Assembly: GCA_964106645.2 (NCBI GenBank)
Contig: OZ067039.1
DNA: 64,000 nucleotides
Direction: 5' to 3' (one strand)
DNA from: Podarcis pityusensis
Taxonomy: Eukaryota
Part shown: positions 38,603 to 50,900 of the stretch, one piece after another
How positions within the stretch are numbered: position 1 is the stretch's first letter
How the letters are laid out: every line of letters begins with the position of its first letter
Position numbers and translations under genes: made by a program
The notes under the pieces: generated by a model
What the model was told of the DNA's origin: nothing
Seen by the model: the letters and a program-made list of their open reading frames with translations, nothing else
Database searches by the model: none

Positions 38603-39370
38603 CCCAAATAACTCACACTTCACACATAATTTTTGTTTAAGGTTTTTGGCATAATTTTTTGGCCACAACTTTATTATCATACAAAATTGTGAGTGGTTGC
38701 TTAGGCATTGGTTAAGACTAGCTGTCCCCCCGCCATGGGGACAGCACTGACTTCCGGATTCCAGCGAAAGCCAGTGTGGAGGAACAAGATCAGGGGATAA
38801 CTGGAGCTGCGACACAGACCCTCAGCTTCTCCCCACATGCTCCTAGGGGCTTACACGGCCCAAACCCGATTCCAGGGGTTTGGACGAAAGGATGGTAAGC
38901 CCCTGAATTCCTTTAACGGAATTCCCGTGCAGCAGCATCACCTGAGGGGCAGGCACAGCCAATCCATACCCCTCCACCAACCAATTTAAACCAATGCCTA
39001 ACCGCCAACCTTACAAGTTGTGACGATTTGCTACGCGGTAGGCAAAAACCAGATGGCACACACTAATCAGCCAAATGGCAAAATTCCTACCAGGCCCTCG
39101 CACCAATGCAAACGACCCCATGACAGGCATAGCAAGGTCAAGCGGAAGCCCAACAAGGGAGGGCGGGCGGGTGATCCGATGCCCACAGCGAAAGAGAAAG
39201 CAACTCTCTGTGGGCCTTCCTTAAATATCCTCTGATCTCCACCCCCAAAGTGGCAACATACAAATTGCCCCAGCAACACCATCACCAATCCTTGCCAGGC
39301 CCTTTCCTTCAATTTTGCCTGGCAACTACAGGGTGCTTTGCCTAGCCCCAGCCGCAACACGTGCTCTCCT
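38603..39370 (-). mobile_element. DIRS/Ngaro-like terminal-repeat unit (non-coding)
   Basis: GC/CpG-rich; minus-strand AATAAAGTTGTGGCC (about 38661-38675) and TATTTAAGG (about 39219-39227); internal complementary segments; no TSD seen. Family assignment is from recalled similarity. Confidence 0.55.
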
Positions 39371-41545
39371 TTAATGAGAACACGCTTTATAGAACCATAG
39401 AACTGTAGAGTTGGAATGTTCACTTTCTTTACAAAAGTGACCCAAAGCGATGTACAAACATAGTATAAAAATGAATTATAGCAAACAAAACCAATAAAAG
39501 CCCAATAAATACAGCTATAGAGGTAAATGACAGGTCTTATATATCTTGCCACAGATACCTGAAACCCTTTAAATTAAGGGCAAATGCCTGGGTAAATAGA
39601 AAAGTTTTGCCTGGTGCTTAAACATTATTTAACCAATCAGATTTGGCTGTGTGTTGACTTGACTGAAAACAACTAAAACTTAGCCAGTGCTAAGTTCTGT
39701 TTAAAAGCTACAGAACAAGAAACGTAGGAGTGCTCCCTACTCATGGTTTTTTTCTATTGGTAAGGCATATTTTTATGGTATTGCTGCTGAATTGAAGCTG
39801 ATTTAAGAGTTTAGGCAGGCTCGTGCAGCTGGGCGTTCAGACAATCTGGCCCAAAGCATTTAAAAACAAAACCAGCACTTCAAATTGGGCCCAGAAACAG
39901 AATATGTATAATATGCCCTGATAGTCTGATTTCTATAAGAGTTCTTATACGTGCATTCTGTACCAACTGGTGACTCTGAAGCATCTAGTGTGGCTGCTGA
40001 CAAACCAGTCAAATATAGGGAAAGGCACACTTCTGAAGTTCAGAATAAGCCTTTGTAAAAACTTCCAAAAATATCCATGTACATTTTTCAAGACTGACCT
40101 AGCTCCAGAGTTCTAGCTGTTGCAGCCAAACATCCTGCTTTCTCAACAAGTGCACCATATTTGCTTCATTACTGACTCTTTTGTTAAAGGTGAACTATAG
40201 AACAGCTCATGACACCCATTGCATTACATGACACACACACAAAAACTAAAGTAGCAAATTGGCAGAAACGTAATGAACCCTTCCAGCCTTGACTGAACTT
40301 GAGCTCAAAGTGCAGTGAGCAGTGGTATGTTTTTTTAATCAGTAGATGCGCAGCCAAGATGACCTGTCCTCAGCAGCTGGATGTTAATAAGAACAAGCAT
40401 GTACATGCTGCTTCAGTGAAAGTCTAGGGGCTGTGATGACTTCCAAATGGTTAAGGAAGCTGTCGAGTTGCTCGGCTCAGTAAAAGCACTTCTTATAAAA
40501 TAAAAGCACTTGAAAAGAGAGCACATGAGAAGGACAAGCTAATGTCAAGATGGCCCCTTAATGGTTCCATTTCCACATTGACACCTGATTTCTAAGACAT
40601 TTTTCAACATCATGAATAAACTGCATTATGCACATCTAGTCTTTTACCTAGAATCTTTGATTCTTGAAACAAACTCCTTTGTATTTGATAAATTACATGT
40701 TTGCTTTTGTCTTAGTGCTAGACCTGGAAGTTCTTAGGGCAATTTTCAATGATTATATTAGCTGCAGAGTATTATATCATTGAGCTAATTGCTGGTTGTC
40801 AAAACTGCTACGGAGGGGAAAGGGTGTTATTAAATGGCGGTATTTATTTTAATTAGTTAAACTTTGCATTGCAGGCATCATGGTACACTGTATTTGTAAA
40901 ATAAAATAGCACAGACAATAAAAGATGTTCAGACCATCAAAACAAAGTAAAATAAAAATATAAATACCCACACACCTAAAGAAGACCATAAAAAACAAAA
41001 CTATCCGGGCACGTGGATTGTGGAATGCCATCTGCATTATATGGCACTGAGAAAACTGATTATGTTGGACCTCTATTTCGTAGCAGATGGGTTCATTAAA
41101 TTTAATAGCCTCTAGAGCTTTTAGAAACAGTGTTAAAAACATGTGGAACATGCTGTGACACTTCACTTCTAGCCCCAGAGTCATTATAATTCTGGCACAG
41201 ACTATAAATATTAAAGTACTTTATTTCAATTGAAACAAATGACTACTCTAATTATTTTTGTTCATGTACAGTAACTTCAGAAGTGTCGAAGGCTGCCATT
41301 GTTTCAATTTTCCTGCAGCATCCCACTTTTTGTTTAAGGACATTTTTGCTGAACTTTAGCTCCATCTCCCATATTAGATTCACTTCTAATTTGTTATTTG
41401 ACTTGCGTGCAACATCAGAAACTAAAAGGCAATCATGTGGGTTAAGAAAATAAGCCATTTTCCCTCCTGTGGTGGCGAGGAAACCAGCAAAAGTGCTAAG
41501 TTTTATCTAGAAAACTGTATCTGAAGCACATAGAGATTTTTAAGA

Positions 41546-41808
41546 ATAATAATAATAAATTTAATTTATATCCCGCCCTCCCCAGCTGAAGCTGGGCTCA
41601 AGGCGGCTAACAACAATAAAACAGTACAGCACAACACAACACTCTAAAATCATTCATTATAAAATTAGTTCAAATCAAACCAATGGCAACCATTGGGCCA
41701 GAGCTCTGCGAAGATTGCTGAAGGAGGGAGTCAGGCTGTGCCCTGGCCAAAGGCCTGGTGGAACAGCTCTGTCTTGCAGGCCCTGCGGAAAGATGTCAAG
41801 TCCTGCAG
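41546..41808 (-). mobile_element. Young L2-like LINE 3' end
   Basis: (AAT)n tail, atcccgccctccccagc...gctgggctcaaggcggctaac hairpin, ggcctggtggaacagctctgtcttgcaggccctgcggaa. Confidence 0.8.
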
Positions 41809-43272
41809 TTGGAGACTTTTCTGTTGGTTCTTGCCTGCCCTTTCATAGAGTATAGCATGGACTTTCAGCAATGGTGCACAAAGATAACTCAGGTCTTGCA
41901 TTTCAATCTATTACTGGTATCTAGTAAGGCCAAGGTGTTAGCCAACTTCAGAAACAGTCCTCCAATTGGCATTGCTTGTCATTTTCTCTTACGTAGTTCA
42001 TTGAGCGGGATTTTTATAACAAAAATCATAATTGGATTGGAGAATTAATCAGCAATTACTTGTCTTCTGCACATATATCAAGACAACAATGCAGTGAACA
42101 GGCCAAACACAAACCCAAGTTCTCTAATTTTAAGGAGAGAGGAAAGTATTTCTTATCTATACAACTCTTGGCAGTGTGCACTTTCACTTTCAATCCATTT
42201 CCTCATTTTTCTCATCACCTACCACAGGTTCATTCCCCCCCTTCTTCTTTCACCTACTGTATCTGTGGTTCTTTCTTCAAAACTTTTGAGACCTGGTCTG
42301 CTCTGGTCATCAACTTACAAATCCCTGCAGTCACGTTTCCCCCTTCTTCCCACGCTACGAAAGGGAGGGATGTTGAAGTTGTTCTTGTGTGATTAGCACA
42401 TTCTTTTAAAATGTATTTTGGCAGCTCCAGTGTGGCTTAGTTTCATTATATCTAAGCCCTGGCATGAGCTGACATTTCAAACTCCGTCTTTGATTAAAAA
42501 AGAGCTAAAGAAATCCAGACCTTTCAAATGGCTAAGTGAATGTGTTCTACTGTTGCTGGGGGTGTTGAAGGGTCTAATGACATCAAATCCATAAAACAGT
42601 GCCAAAAATGAGAAATTGCTGGATTAGTCCATGTAGCCAACCTACTGTACATTCTAATTGCCCTCTAACCTAGACCCAGTCCACATTAGGAGTGTGGGTT
42701 TTTTTGGTGGTAGTATGCTTCTTGCTTTCTCATGAATCATGACTCATTCACCAACTTGCAGTTATCCCTACTTCTGCTACTTTATTCTGGGATTTTTCAG
42801 ATTTATTTTATGTGTGACAAACATGCTATATTATAACTATTATTGGTGGGAGTGCCTTCCATCCTCCAGAACTACATCCCCAGCCCCCTTCCTCACCTTT
42901 CTTTAGCATTTAACCTTCGCTATTTGAGAATGAATCTGTGGGAAGGAAGTTTGAGCCTCCATGACTGATCATCATATTTTTGGGTGGTGGTGCGAAGTCT
43001 CAATAAGCACCTGCACAGATGCATTTCATTTGAAAGCCCTTTCCCCCAAACTTTCACTTTTCACAGGGGTGAGGGAAAAGTACTGTGATTGTTTTCCATC
43101 TCCCTCCTCCTTTTTGCAAGACTTCTTTTCAATGCACCCTGTGTGTGCAGTCATTCTCTGTGATCAGAAATCACAAAGGTGTGGTGCAGTGTGGTGTCAC
43201 AAAGAAATACAATGCACTATATGCGACTTAAGAATCATCCACTTTTTTATTTCACATCCCAAGGGAGATAAA

Positions 43273-43800
43273 GGGGTTGCATTCACATATAATACTAAAC
43301 CAAACCTAGTGTGAGCATTCAGGCATCCAGGGAGGTGACCATAGCCGCTTTGTTCATCCTGGTCCTTTTAGCTCAGTGCAGCATGGCAGCTAAGCCAAGG
43401 TTTGACTTAGTGTGGCACCTGGACCCTGGCTCTATATCAGTCTCTGTCCCCTTTAATCACAAGATGTAGCCAAGGTTTGTTCTTGACTACAACTCATCGC
43501 TAAGGAGCAAAGAGCCTGGGTTTGAATCACGCAGTAAACCAATCCTGGGCTTAGCTCAGTGATGGCCAAACTTGGCCCTCCAGCTGTTTTTGGACTACAA
43601 CTCTCATCATCCCTAGCTAACAGGACCCAGTGGTCAGGGATGATGGGAATTGTAGTCCCAAAACAGCTGGAGGGCCACGTTTGGCCATCACTGGCTTAGC
43701 TGCTCTGCTGAAAAGACCAGGAAGGAGCAAAGCAGTCACAGGGAGCCAGCAGGCTAGTATGATCCTAGGAAGGCATAGTTGGTATTACCATGTTGAGCAA
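43273..43800. mobile_element. Old Harbinger-like MITE hosting a younger hAT MITE
   Basis: Starts gggttgcattcacatataatactaaacc; internal gctaagccaaggtttgacttag motifs as at 15555-15835. Confidence 0.5.
43557..43693. mobile_element. hAT MITE (137 bp), young
   Basis: TIRs CAGTGATGGCCAAAC / GTTTGGCCATCACTG; perfect 8-bp TSD GCTTAGCT (43549-43556 / 43694-43701). Confidence 0.95.
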
Positions 43801-44366
43801 ACATGTATTCTTTACAGTGTGACCCCTGATCTGCATTTTCATTAGTGAAACATACCAGTACAGCAGTACCTTGTAAAGGAAAGAACCTTGAGTGTGGATT
43901 GCACCCTAGTGACTTTAGAATTTACAGGATAACTGCTTATAAGAGAATCTTGTGCTGCATCTTTGAGGATGTTCTTCATAGTGCTCAGGGGTTTGTCTCT
44001 TTAACTCACAGTCTTCTGCTATGGAATATTATCTGTATAAATCACAGGCAGCAGGCTTGGTGTTCAGTTTTGATTTACCAGAATATCCCAATGGGAACTC
44101 TTCTCTACACATGTCTTCCACACCTGTGTGCTGGAGATATAGCAGGGCAAGGAATTTTTCAACTTGTCATTGATGTACAACCCCTTTCTCTGAGAGGACA
44201 AAGAATGCTTTTAGATTTTTCAGACCTGTTTTCACTGGAATTTTAGTTGTGCCTGTCAGGACCCAAACCTGAAAATCAAAAGGCAACAAATTATTAAATG
44301 AAGGAAGAATTTATTTCTGCATTTCTCATGTATTAGATCAAACTGGAAAAAACACACTAATGTGTT

Positions 44367-44367
<1 letters not shown>

Positions 44368-44409
<42 letters not shown>
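44368..44409. repeat. (TAA)14 microsatellite
   Basis: Direct reading. Confidence 0.95.
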
Positions 44410-44410
<1 letters not shown>

Positions 44411-44859
44411 CTTTATGCAAAATTCTCATTTTTGAAAATGCACTAATGGCAGATGGTGGAAACATTCCAATTATTCCCTTGGGCTGGTTTCTGTAGTTTC
44501 CAGTCAGCCTACAGTTTCTACATGTCTTTTACAGAGTTGTTTATAGTATGGAGAAAGAACAAAGTATGTATCCCTTTGCAAAAATATACTTATTCTACAT
44601 AGCAGCTCCCTGAAATGGCCCAGAGCAGCTAATTCACGAGCTGTAGCTTTAAAAACTAGTATTGAAGTGTGTTAACTTCAGACTTATTAACAGATGGTGT
44701 GCACCGTCCATTGCTCAGAGTAAAGCTATTGAACAAGAAACTGATTGTACTGTCATCAGTTCCTGTTGGCGACACTAGACATAATTGAACTCTTCACAAA
44801 CGAATTGGAAAAGTATTGGAAAATCCAGATGAAAAACTATGATTGAGGCAGATGCAACA

Positions 44860-44990
44860 TTCCAGAAGAATAGCCATGCTAGTCTTTTAAAGTAAACTCA
44901 AACACGGATCCTGTCTGTGGCATCATAAAAGTTAATGAAAGGATTGTGTCATGTGCTTGGTAGGTTACATTCTCCTTTATCAGATGCATC
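44860..44990 (-). mobile_element. Degenerate Penelope-like pseudo-LTR with an inactivated hammerhead core
   Basis: tagccatgctagtc...tgtggcatc...tcagatgcat is colinear with a recalled reptilian Penelope end. Confidence 0.55.
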
Positions 44991-45563
44991 CTTTTGTTTT
45001 AGTTGTGCCAAACTGCAATCCTTTGCAAACTTACCTAGACATAGTCTCAAATAGAAACAATGGGACTTACATCTAAGTGAATATGCATAGGATTGAACTG
45101 GATGATACTTTACTAGGTTTGTATTATGGCAATGGAGTGGAATGTTGCTGTTCTGGGGTGCCAGGTGCAAGTCTCTTTCCTTTCAATTGTTGTCACAATA
45201 CTCCCATGGTGCATTACTATGTAAAGCATTTGTTTGCACAATATTCCATAAACCATAAAAAGTCTAGATCTGGAGGGGACCAGGCTGGGGAAGGTTACAC
45301 TGGGCACATGCTATGTGTTGCTATCTTTACCAGAGAATATATGTTCATCAAATCTTAAAAGTTATTTTAAAAAAGCAACAATTGATATTTATTTACTTTC
45401 CCTCCTCACCATCCCTACAAATAGTCCACTCCGGAGATAAATAACACCCAAATAGGGCTAGAGGTCTGTTCCTTGACTATCCATTCTGAGATTCTAGCTG
45501 CAGGTGGGGGGAGGGAAACAATTTTGGGAACATGAGGGTGGTGCGGGGGGAATGTGTGTAATC

Positions 45564-45838
45564 CAGTGGCGGAGCTTCATGCTCTGGCACTGGGGGTGGA
45601 AAGCAGGTGGGGGCGTGGCTGGCGCACGTCCCAGGGGGCATGGTGCACGCCCCAGGGTTGTGGCACGCTGCCCGCAGGGGTGTGGCGTGCATCCCAGGGG
45701 TCGTGGCACACATCCTGGGGGTGTGGTGCACTGCCTTTAGGGGCATGGCGCCAGCGCAGGGGGGCAGCCGCGATGGCACCCCACTGGGATTGTGGTGCCG
45801 GGGTGGTGCGCTCCCCCCACCTCCCTCTTCCTCCAGTG
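45564..45838. mobile_element. GC-rich hAT non-autonomous element with an internal ~20-bp minisatellite
   Basis: Starts CAGTGGCGGAGC; 8-bp TSD gtgtaatc/ttgtaatc (7/8); about seven GGGG.(G/A)TGG..CA..CCC units. Confidence 0.8.
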
Positions 45839-46611
45839 TTGTAATCTTCTCTTACTTTCTTCAGGGTTCACTGTAGAAGATCTACCATGGAAGCATACTC
45901 TAAGGTGAATAAACCAAATTAATACATTTATATTATCCATCAATATAACAGTTTGATAGACGGCCTAACGGAAGGAGTATACAATCAGAATGACAAAAAA
46001 GCTCCATTATTAAAATTTCCCACAGTCCCAGTTATTACTCCTCTTTTAATATCAGCACCAAGGTATGTTTCCTGCTATTACTTTCCAGAGGAACTTCTTG
46101 TCCATGTATTAACTGATGAAGCCTGAAAACCACAGCCTCCCATTTCCCAAAGCAGTGACAGAAAGAGAGTTACATGCAAAAGCAGAAACTCTGAGACAAT
46201 TAACAAAAGCACATCATTGTCTGACAGAATGTATCCACTTAACAACGCAGAAATTAGGATGAATATTTTTATGAAATATTTTATGAATTTTCTCATAATT
46301 TATGAATATTCTAATTTACCTAAGCCAAGCTGTTCAGGGTTTAAGATTAATTCATTCCCAACTAGGCCTAATCTCCCCTGATTGGCCAATAACTGCAAAG
46401 AAGACACTCAGAAGCCCTCTTAACAGAAACATTCAAGACGTGAACCCGTGCCACCACCTTCTATAATTCTATAATTAAAGGACCATACACACCCAGAGTT
46501 ACATATGCTGAAGCATTTACATACAGGGCCATTTATTTTCCTGCCCTTTTACACTAGTTGTTATACCTGTCATTCCTTTTTCTAATTTGTCACAAACTAG
46601 AAAATAAATAA

Positions 46612-46612
<1 letters not shown>

Positions 46613-46651
<39 letters not shown>
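46613..46651. repeat. (TG)n microsatellite
   Basis: Direct reading. Confidence 0.95.
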
Positions 46652-46652
<1 letters not shown>

Positions 46653-47421
46653 CCATACACTTACGGGATCCGTCGATGCCCCTTTCCTTTTCGTGCCAGA
46701 GTACTCCTGTGTGAGAAATGATAGTCCTGCTGTTGTGTTTCACCTTCCCATCCATTTTCATAAATACCTCATTTAAAAATGATTAGGCTTGGCAGTAATT
46801 AAAATTATGCTTTCTGCTTTGCAAGCATCTTTGTACGGCAGCCAATAAGTGCTAAGAGCAAGCGAATAAAAAGCCATAGCTATGCCCTGTAATTTGTATC
46901 GGAAGCTTATTGAAGGTGGGATATAATGGTTAATTTAACTAAAATGACTGGAAAGTGACATCAATTTGCAATACATGCCATCTGCAATGTGTGTGTGTAT
47001 ATATACGTATATGCATATCTTCTTTTTTCTTATTCTTGCCCATTCATTTATTTTTGGATATTCATATGGGATGTGAAATACTTCCCCATATGAGTTTAAA
47101 TCAATTATATTAAGCTGGGGGAGGGGAGTAGCTTCCATTTTGGGTATCTTAACCTTTTCCTACAGATTTATATATATACAAATTTAATTTTCTGCTTTCA
47201 TGTGAGTTTGAGAGGAATAGGAACATTCCTTCAGCCACCCATTCAAGGGATACATTTCCACTTGTGGAAAATACAAAATCTTCTTCCAAATACATGCTCA
47301 CTGAAGGTGGCCTAACATACTCGCTACAAAATCTGGTGAAAATCCACTAGTGGCCTGCATTGTTTCCGAATTTAGGAGCCATTTCAGAATTCTTAATTTG
47401 TTTTATTTATTACTATAGACA

Positions 47422-47910
47422 TGCTGGGGCATCTTCTGAGGGTCACATGCCAGTGACGGGCAGGACCAGAGACCACAGTGAGCAGAGGAATTAATTTAAA
47501 TCTTACTATTTATTTACTTAATTTACATCCCACCCTTCCTCCCCCAGGAGCTCAGCAGACAGCTGAAACAAAAGCAAAACAAAAATATTCTAAGCAGAGT
47601 ATGACGTTCCCCGCTCCCCAAAAAATGATTACAATTTAAAACATCTAAAATCAGTTACAGTTAAAAACATTCAAGAAGCAGTTAAAACAGTTTTGAAACA
47701 GTCTTCCACCCAATGATATTTTACTTTGGTGCAGTCCATTCCTTACAAGCAAGAGGCATTATAAGAGTTGCAAGACACAGTCCAGCCAGACAAAAAAAAG
47801 TTTGGTCCAGTGAGGGATGTGGCCTGAGAACAGTTCCAAGGGCCAGAGAGAGCCGGGGGGTAGAGATGCCTGGCGGGCCACAGTTGGCTCTGTGCCTGAG
47901 TTTCCCCACT
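47422..47910. mobile_element. hAT-like element interrupted by an L2-like tail (about 47505-47710)
   Basis: Similar to 28920-29262 on both sides of an atcccacccttcctcccccaggagctc tail. Confidence 0.6.
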
Positions 47911-50900
47911 CTTGCTATTTTGGCCATTTTCTGTCCTATCTATGCAGTAGGTAGATGGGCAGGAAATGACTCCCCTTTTGCTGTCAAGTTGTGGAGGAGG
48001 GCGAATAACAAAGTCAGCCTAGTATGGCTTGATAAGGCACAGCCTCTTCTTTGCTCTGCCAAGAGCAGAAGTAGTAGAATGGGACAGTAGCAATATAAAC
48101 CTACAAAACCCTATGAAATGCTAATTCTGCTGAATGGCCATGCTTCGGTTCACATCCTGTTTTGGAAAGTGCAAGCTACAAAGTTCAGTCTTCAATGCCA
48201 ACAAAATAGAATGTCTCCCCCATTCCCAATTGCAGAAGTGGTTTGGCATTGCCTGGCTCCATTCAGCAAGGCATACGTTTCACAATGCTAATAAAATCTT
48301 ACATATGTATGAATATCCAACAATTCCTGAATGGGAGAGGAGTTTGGGGGAGGCTGTTTTCACCAGTTCCTCCCCTCTTCAGTCTCCCGTTCCAAACTTT
48401 TTCTCAAGAATCATTGGAGACAACCCATTAACTATATAAAACAACTATAATTACATTTATGCAGTGATGAAAAAGCAAATAAAAGATAAGCCAGTAATAA
48501 AAACCCATCAGTTCAAATGAGACATGGGTCTTAAAAGAAAGTTTTAAAAACTTGTGCACAACAAGATCAAACATAAGTTAGCAATCCAAGCAAAACCGAG
48601 ATTCTGTTTTTCAGGGCATAGAAAGCAGTGTTGTAAAATGGGATACCTGCTGCAAAAGATTATCTGTTTCTTATACCAGTGGAACTGGGGGTCATCCAAG
48701 GAAGCTCAGAGGTGGAAGATTCAAGACAAACTGAACTGAGCTGCGCAGTTAAACTAAGGGAAATTGTGAGCACACACGCTGAACCCCTGTCCCTGGAGCC
48801 CCCAAGAAGGAGATATGACACCAGCTTATGGGTTCAAATTAGGGCACAACTTTATTGCATTTCAGATGTAGGAAACTTGGCCTAGGCCTTGGAAGGTATC
48901 CGTCTCAGCACAGGCTATGAGGATGTGCAGGGCTAATAGGTGAAGTGGGAGGGAACTGTAAAGCATGAAATTAAAATAAGGGAAAGTGCTGCCATTTAGT
49001 GATGACCACCAACTTGGAAGGTTTTAGCATGGGATTAGACAAACCCCTGGGGGATCACTGACTGCTAGTATCATAGTTTCAGTTCCAAAATCATTCCAAC
49101 CAAAAAGTTGAAAAATGGTGTCCGGTTACCTTTCACAGATCTCATTTGAGAATGTGGCCTCTTTATTAGGTGTTCCTAATCATCTAACAGTACATCATAA
49201 CCAAACTAGAGACTTTGAGATAACATTCTCTCTTTAGTCAAATGGCATGATACATATAGCAGCACAGTTTTCAGCCTGGCACCTTTTCGTTATTTGATTT
49301 ATTTCTTTTCAGAAAGAATCTCAGTGGTCCTTGTTTGGATGACCCTCTAATCCTTTGTTTGAGGCATAAGAGTTCTGCTCAGCACTAGAGTTCCATGAGT
49401 TAATAGCTCAATGTGTTCAGAGGGGTCAGTGTCTGCAGCTTCCCCTCCACTAAATGAATGGGCAACTTGCTTGCTTATGGCGATCATTCTGTGCAGACTT
49501 ACAAGAAAGTGAGCCTCTTTGTACATAATAGGGTTTGCTTCCAAGCATACATGCATAGAACAGGGCTATGTGAAATCCACATATCAACTGGCATATCACA
49601 CACTCACACACCCTACTTCCCATAGGTATAGAGTGGTAGATAATTTTAAAACATTCTGTAAACATAAAAAACATTTTTTCTCAGATTTTAACAAATGACA
49701 ATAAAAAAGGAAAGCGTATGCTGGGTGTGTTGGAAAGCTGTTTATTATCATGCTTATTGTTTGTAATGCAATTTCCTAACATAGTTTAATGCCACAAATG
49801 CAATGGAAAAGAGGAACCATGAAGAAATTAGACACTAAAGTGTAGGACCAGAGCCAGATTGAGGCCCTTCCTGTGTTATAATTATTGAATATCCTCCAAT
49901 AATGAAAAGTGAGCTTTGGTGATTTCTCATCTGAGCTGTTTTTATATTCCCCAGTGCTCAAAACAGCCAGCTTTGTCTTTTCTTCCTTAAATATTTGTCT
50001 TGTAATTTACTTGGACCGCAGTCCTAAGCATCCTTCCTAGTAAGTCTCATTGAACTCAGTGGGACCTCCAAGTGGATATTGTTTTTGACTGGCCTATAAG
50101 TCTGCCTTGTAAAACATTAGCAAAACATATATAATAAAAATGATAAACATGTGCAAGACATAGAAAGGGACTGAAACTGAATCATGATTATTTGCACTTT
50201 ATTTAAGTAAGATACTAATGTGAACCTGAATTAAAAATGCTGAATTAAAAAGCTGAATTAAAAATGCCAGCATTGAAAAGACAAACAGATGACATATGGG
50301 CAAAGATATGAGGAAGGGGGAGAAACCATTTCCATTAGATGCAAGAAAAAGAACTGTTACACTCTGCTTTTGAGGATTAGAAAGCTTGAGGAGCCTTTTC
50401 TTTTGCTCAACACTTGTCTTGGCAGAGCCTGAAGAAACCACTGGAGTCAATAGTACCCACCAGGTTTTGCAGAGATAAGTCATTTGTATGCTCTGCTGCA
50501 AAGGGTCAGTCAAGAACTCTTGCTTCTACTGTTATGAAAATTGTTTGTTTCCTGTGGCCTCTCAGGAGGGAAAGTGTCAGTGAAAGCAGCACAAGTAATT
50601 TCAAAGAAAATCCTAACCAGGTCTAATGTGAGTTGCTTATGCTTCATACAACTAACTTCTAAACAATCTAGCAACAGAATGAAGATTTATCACACAATGG
50701 TTCCTTAGAGCTTGAGCTAGGTGGTGATACCTAGTGTTAGTCATATTCAGAACACACCCATTCAGATAAATGGAATTAAGCTCATTGATCTACTCTGGTT
50801 ATGACTTAGTTGGTTGTCACACTATGTGTCCAGCAAGTCAGACCCTTAGTAGTTAACTAACCCTTCGTTAATAATGGCTAATCACCCTTTTAAAAAAAGA

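Noticed and set aside
39067-39552. 161-aa minus-strand ORF
   Set aside because: Spans unrelated TE fragments; no domain similarity.
40391-40410. p53/p63-like site overlapping palindrome AGCATGTACATGCT
   Set aside because: Three mismatches to consensus; no supporting evidence.
46113-46130. CTGATGAAGCCTGAAAAC minimal hammerhead-like string
   Set aside because: No pairable stem II or flanking stems.
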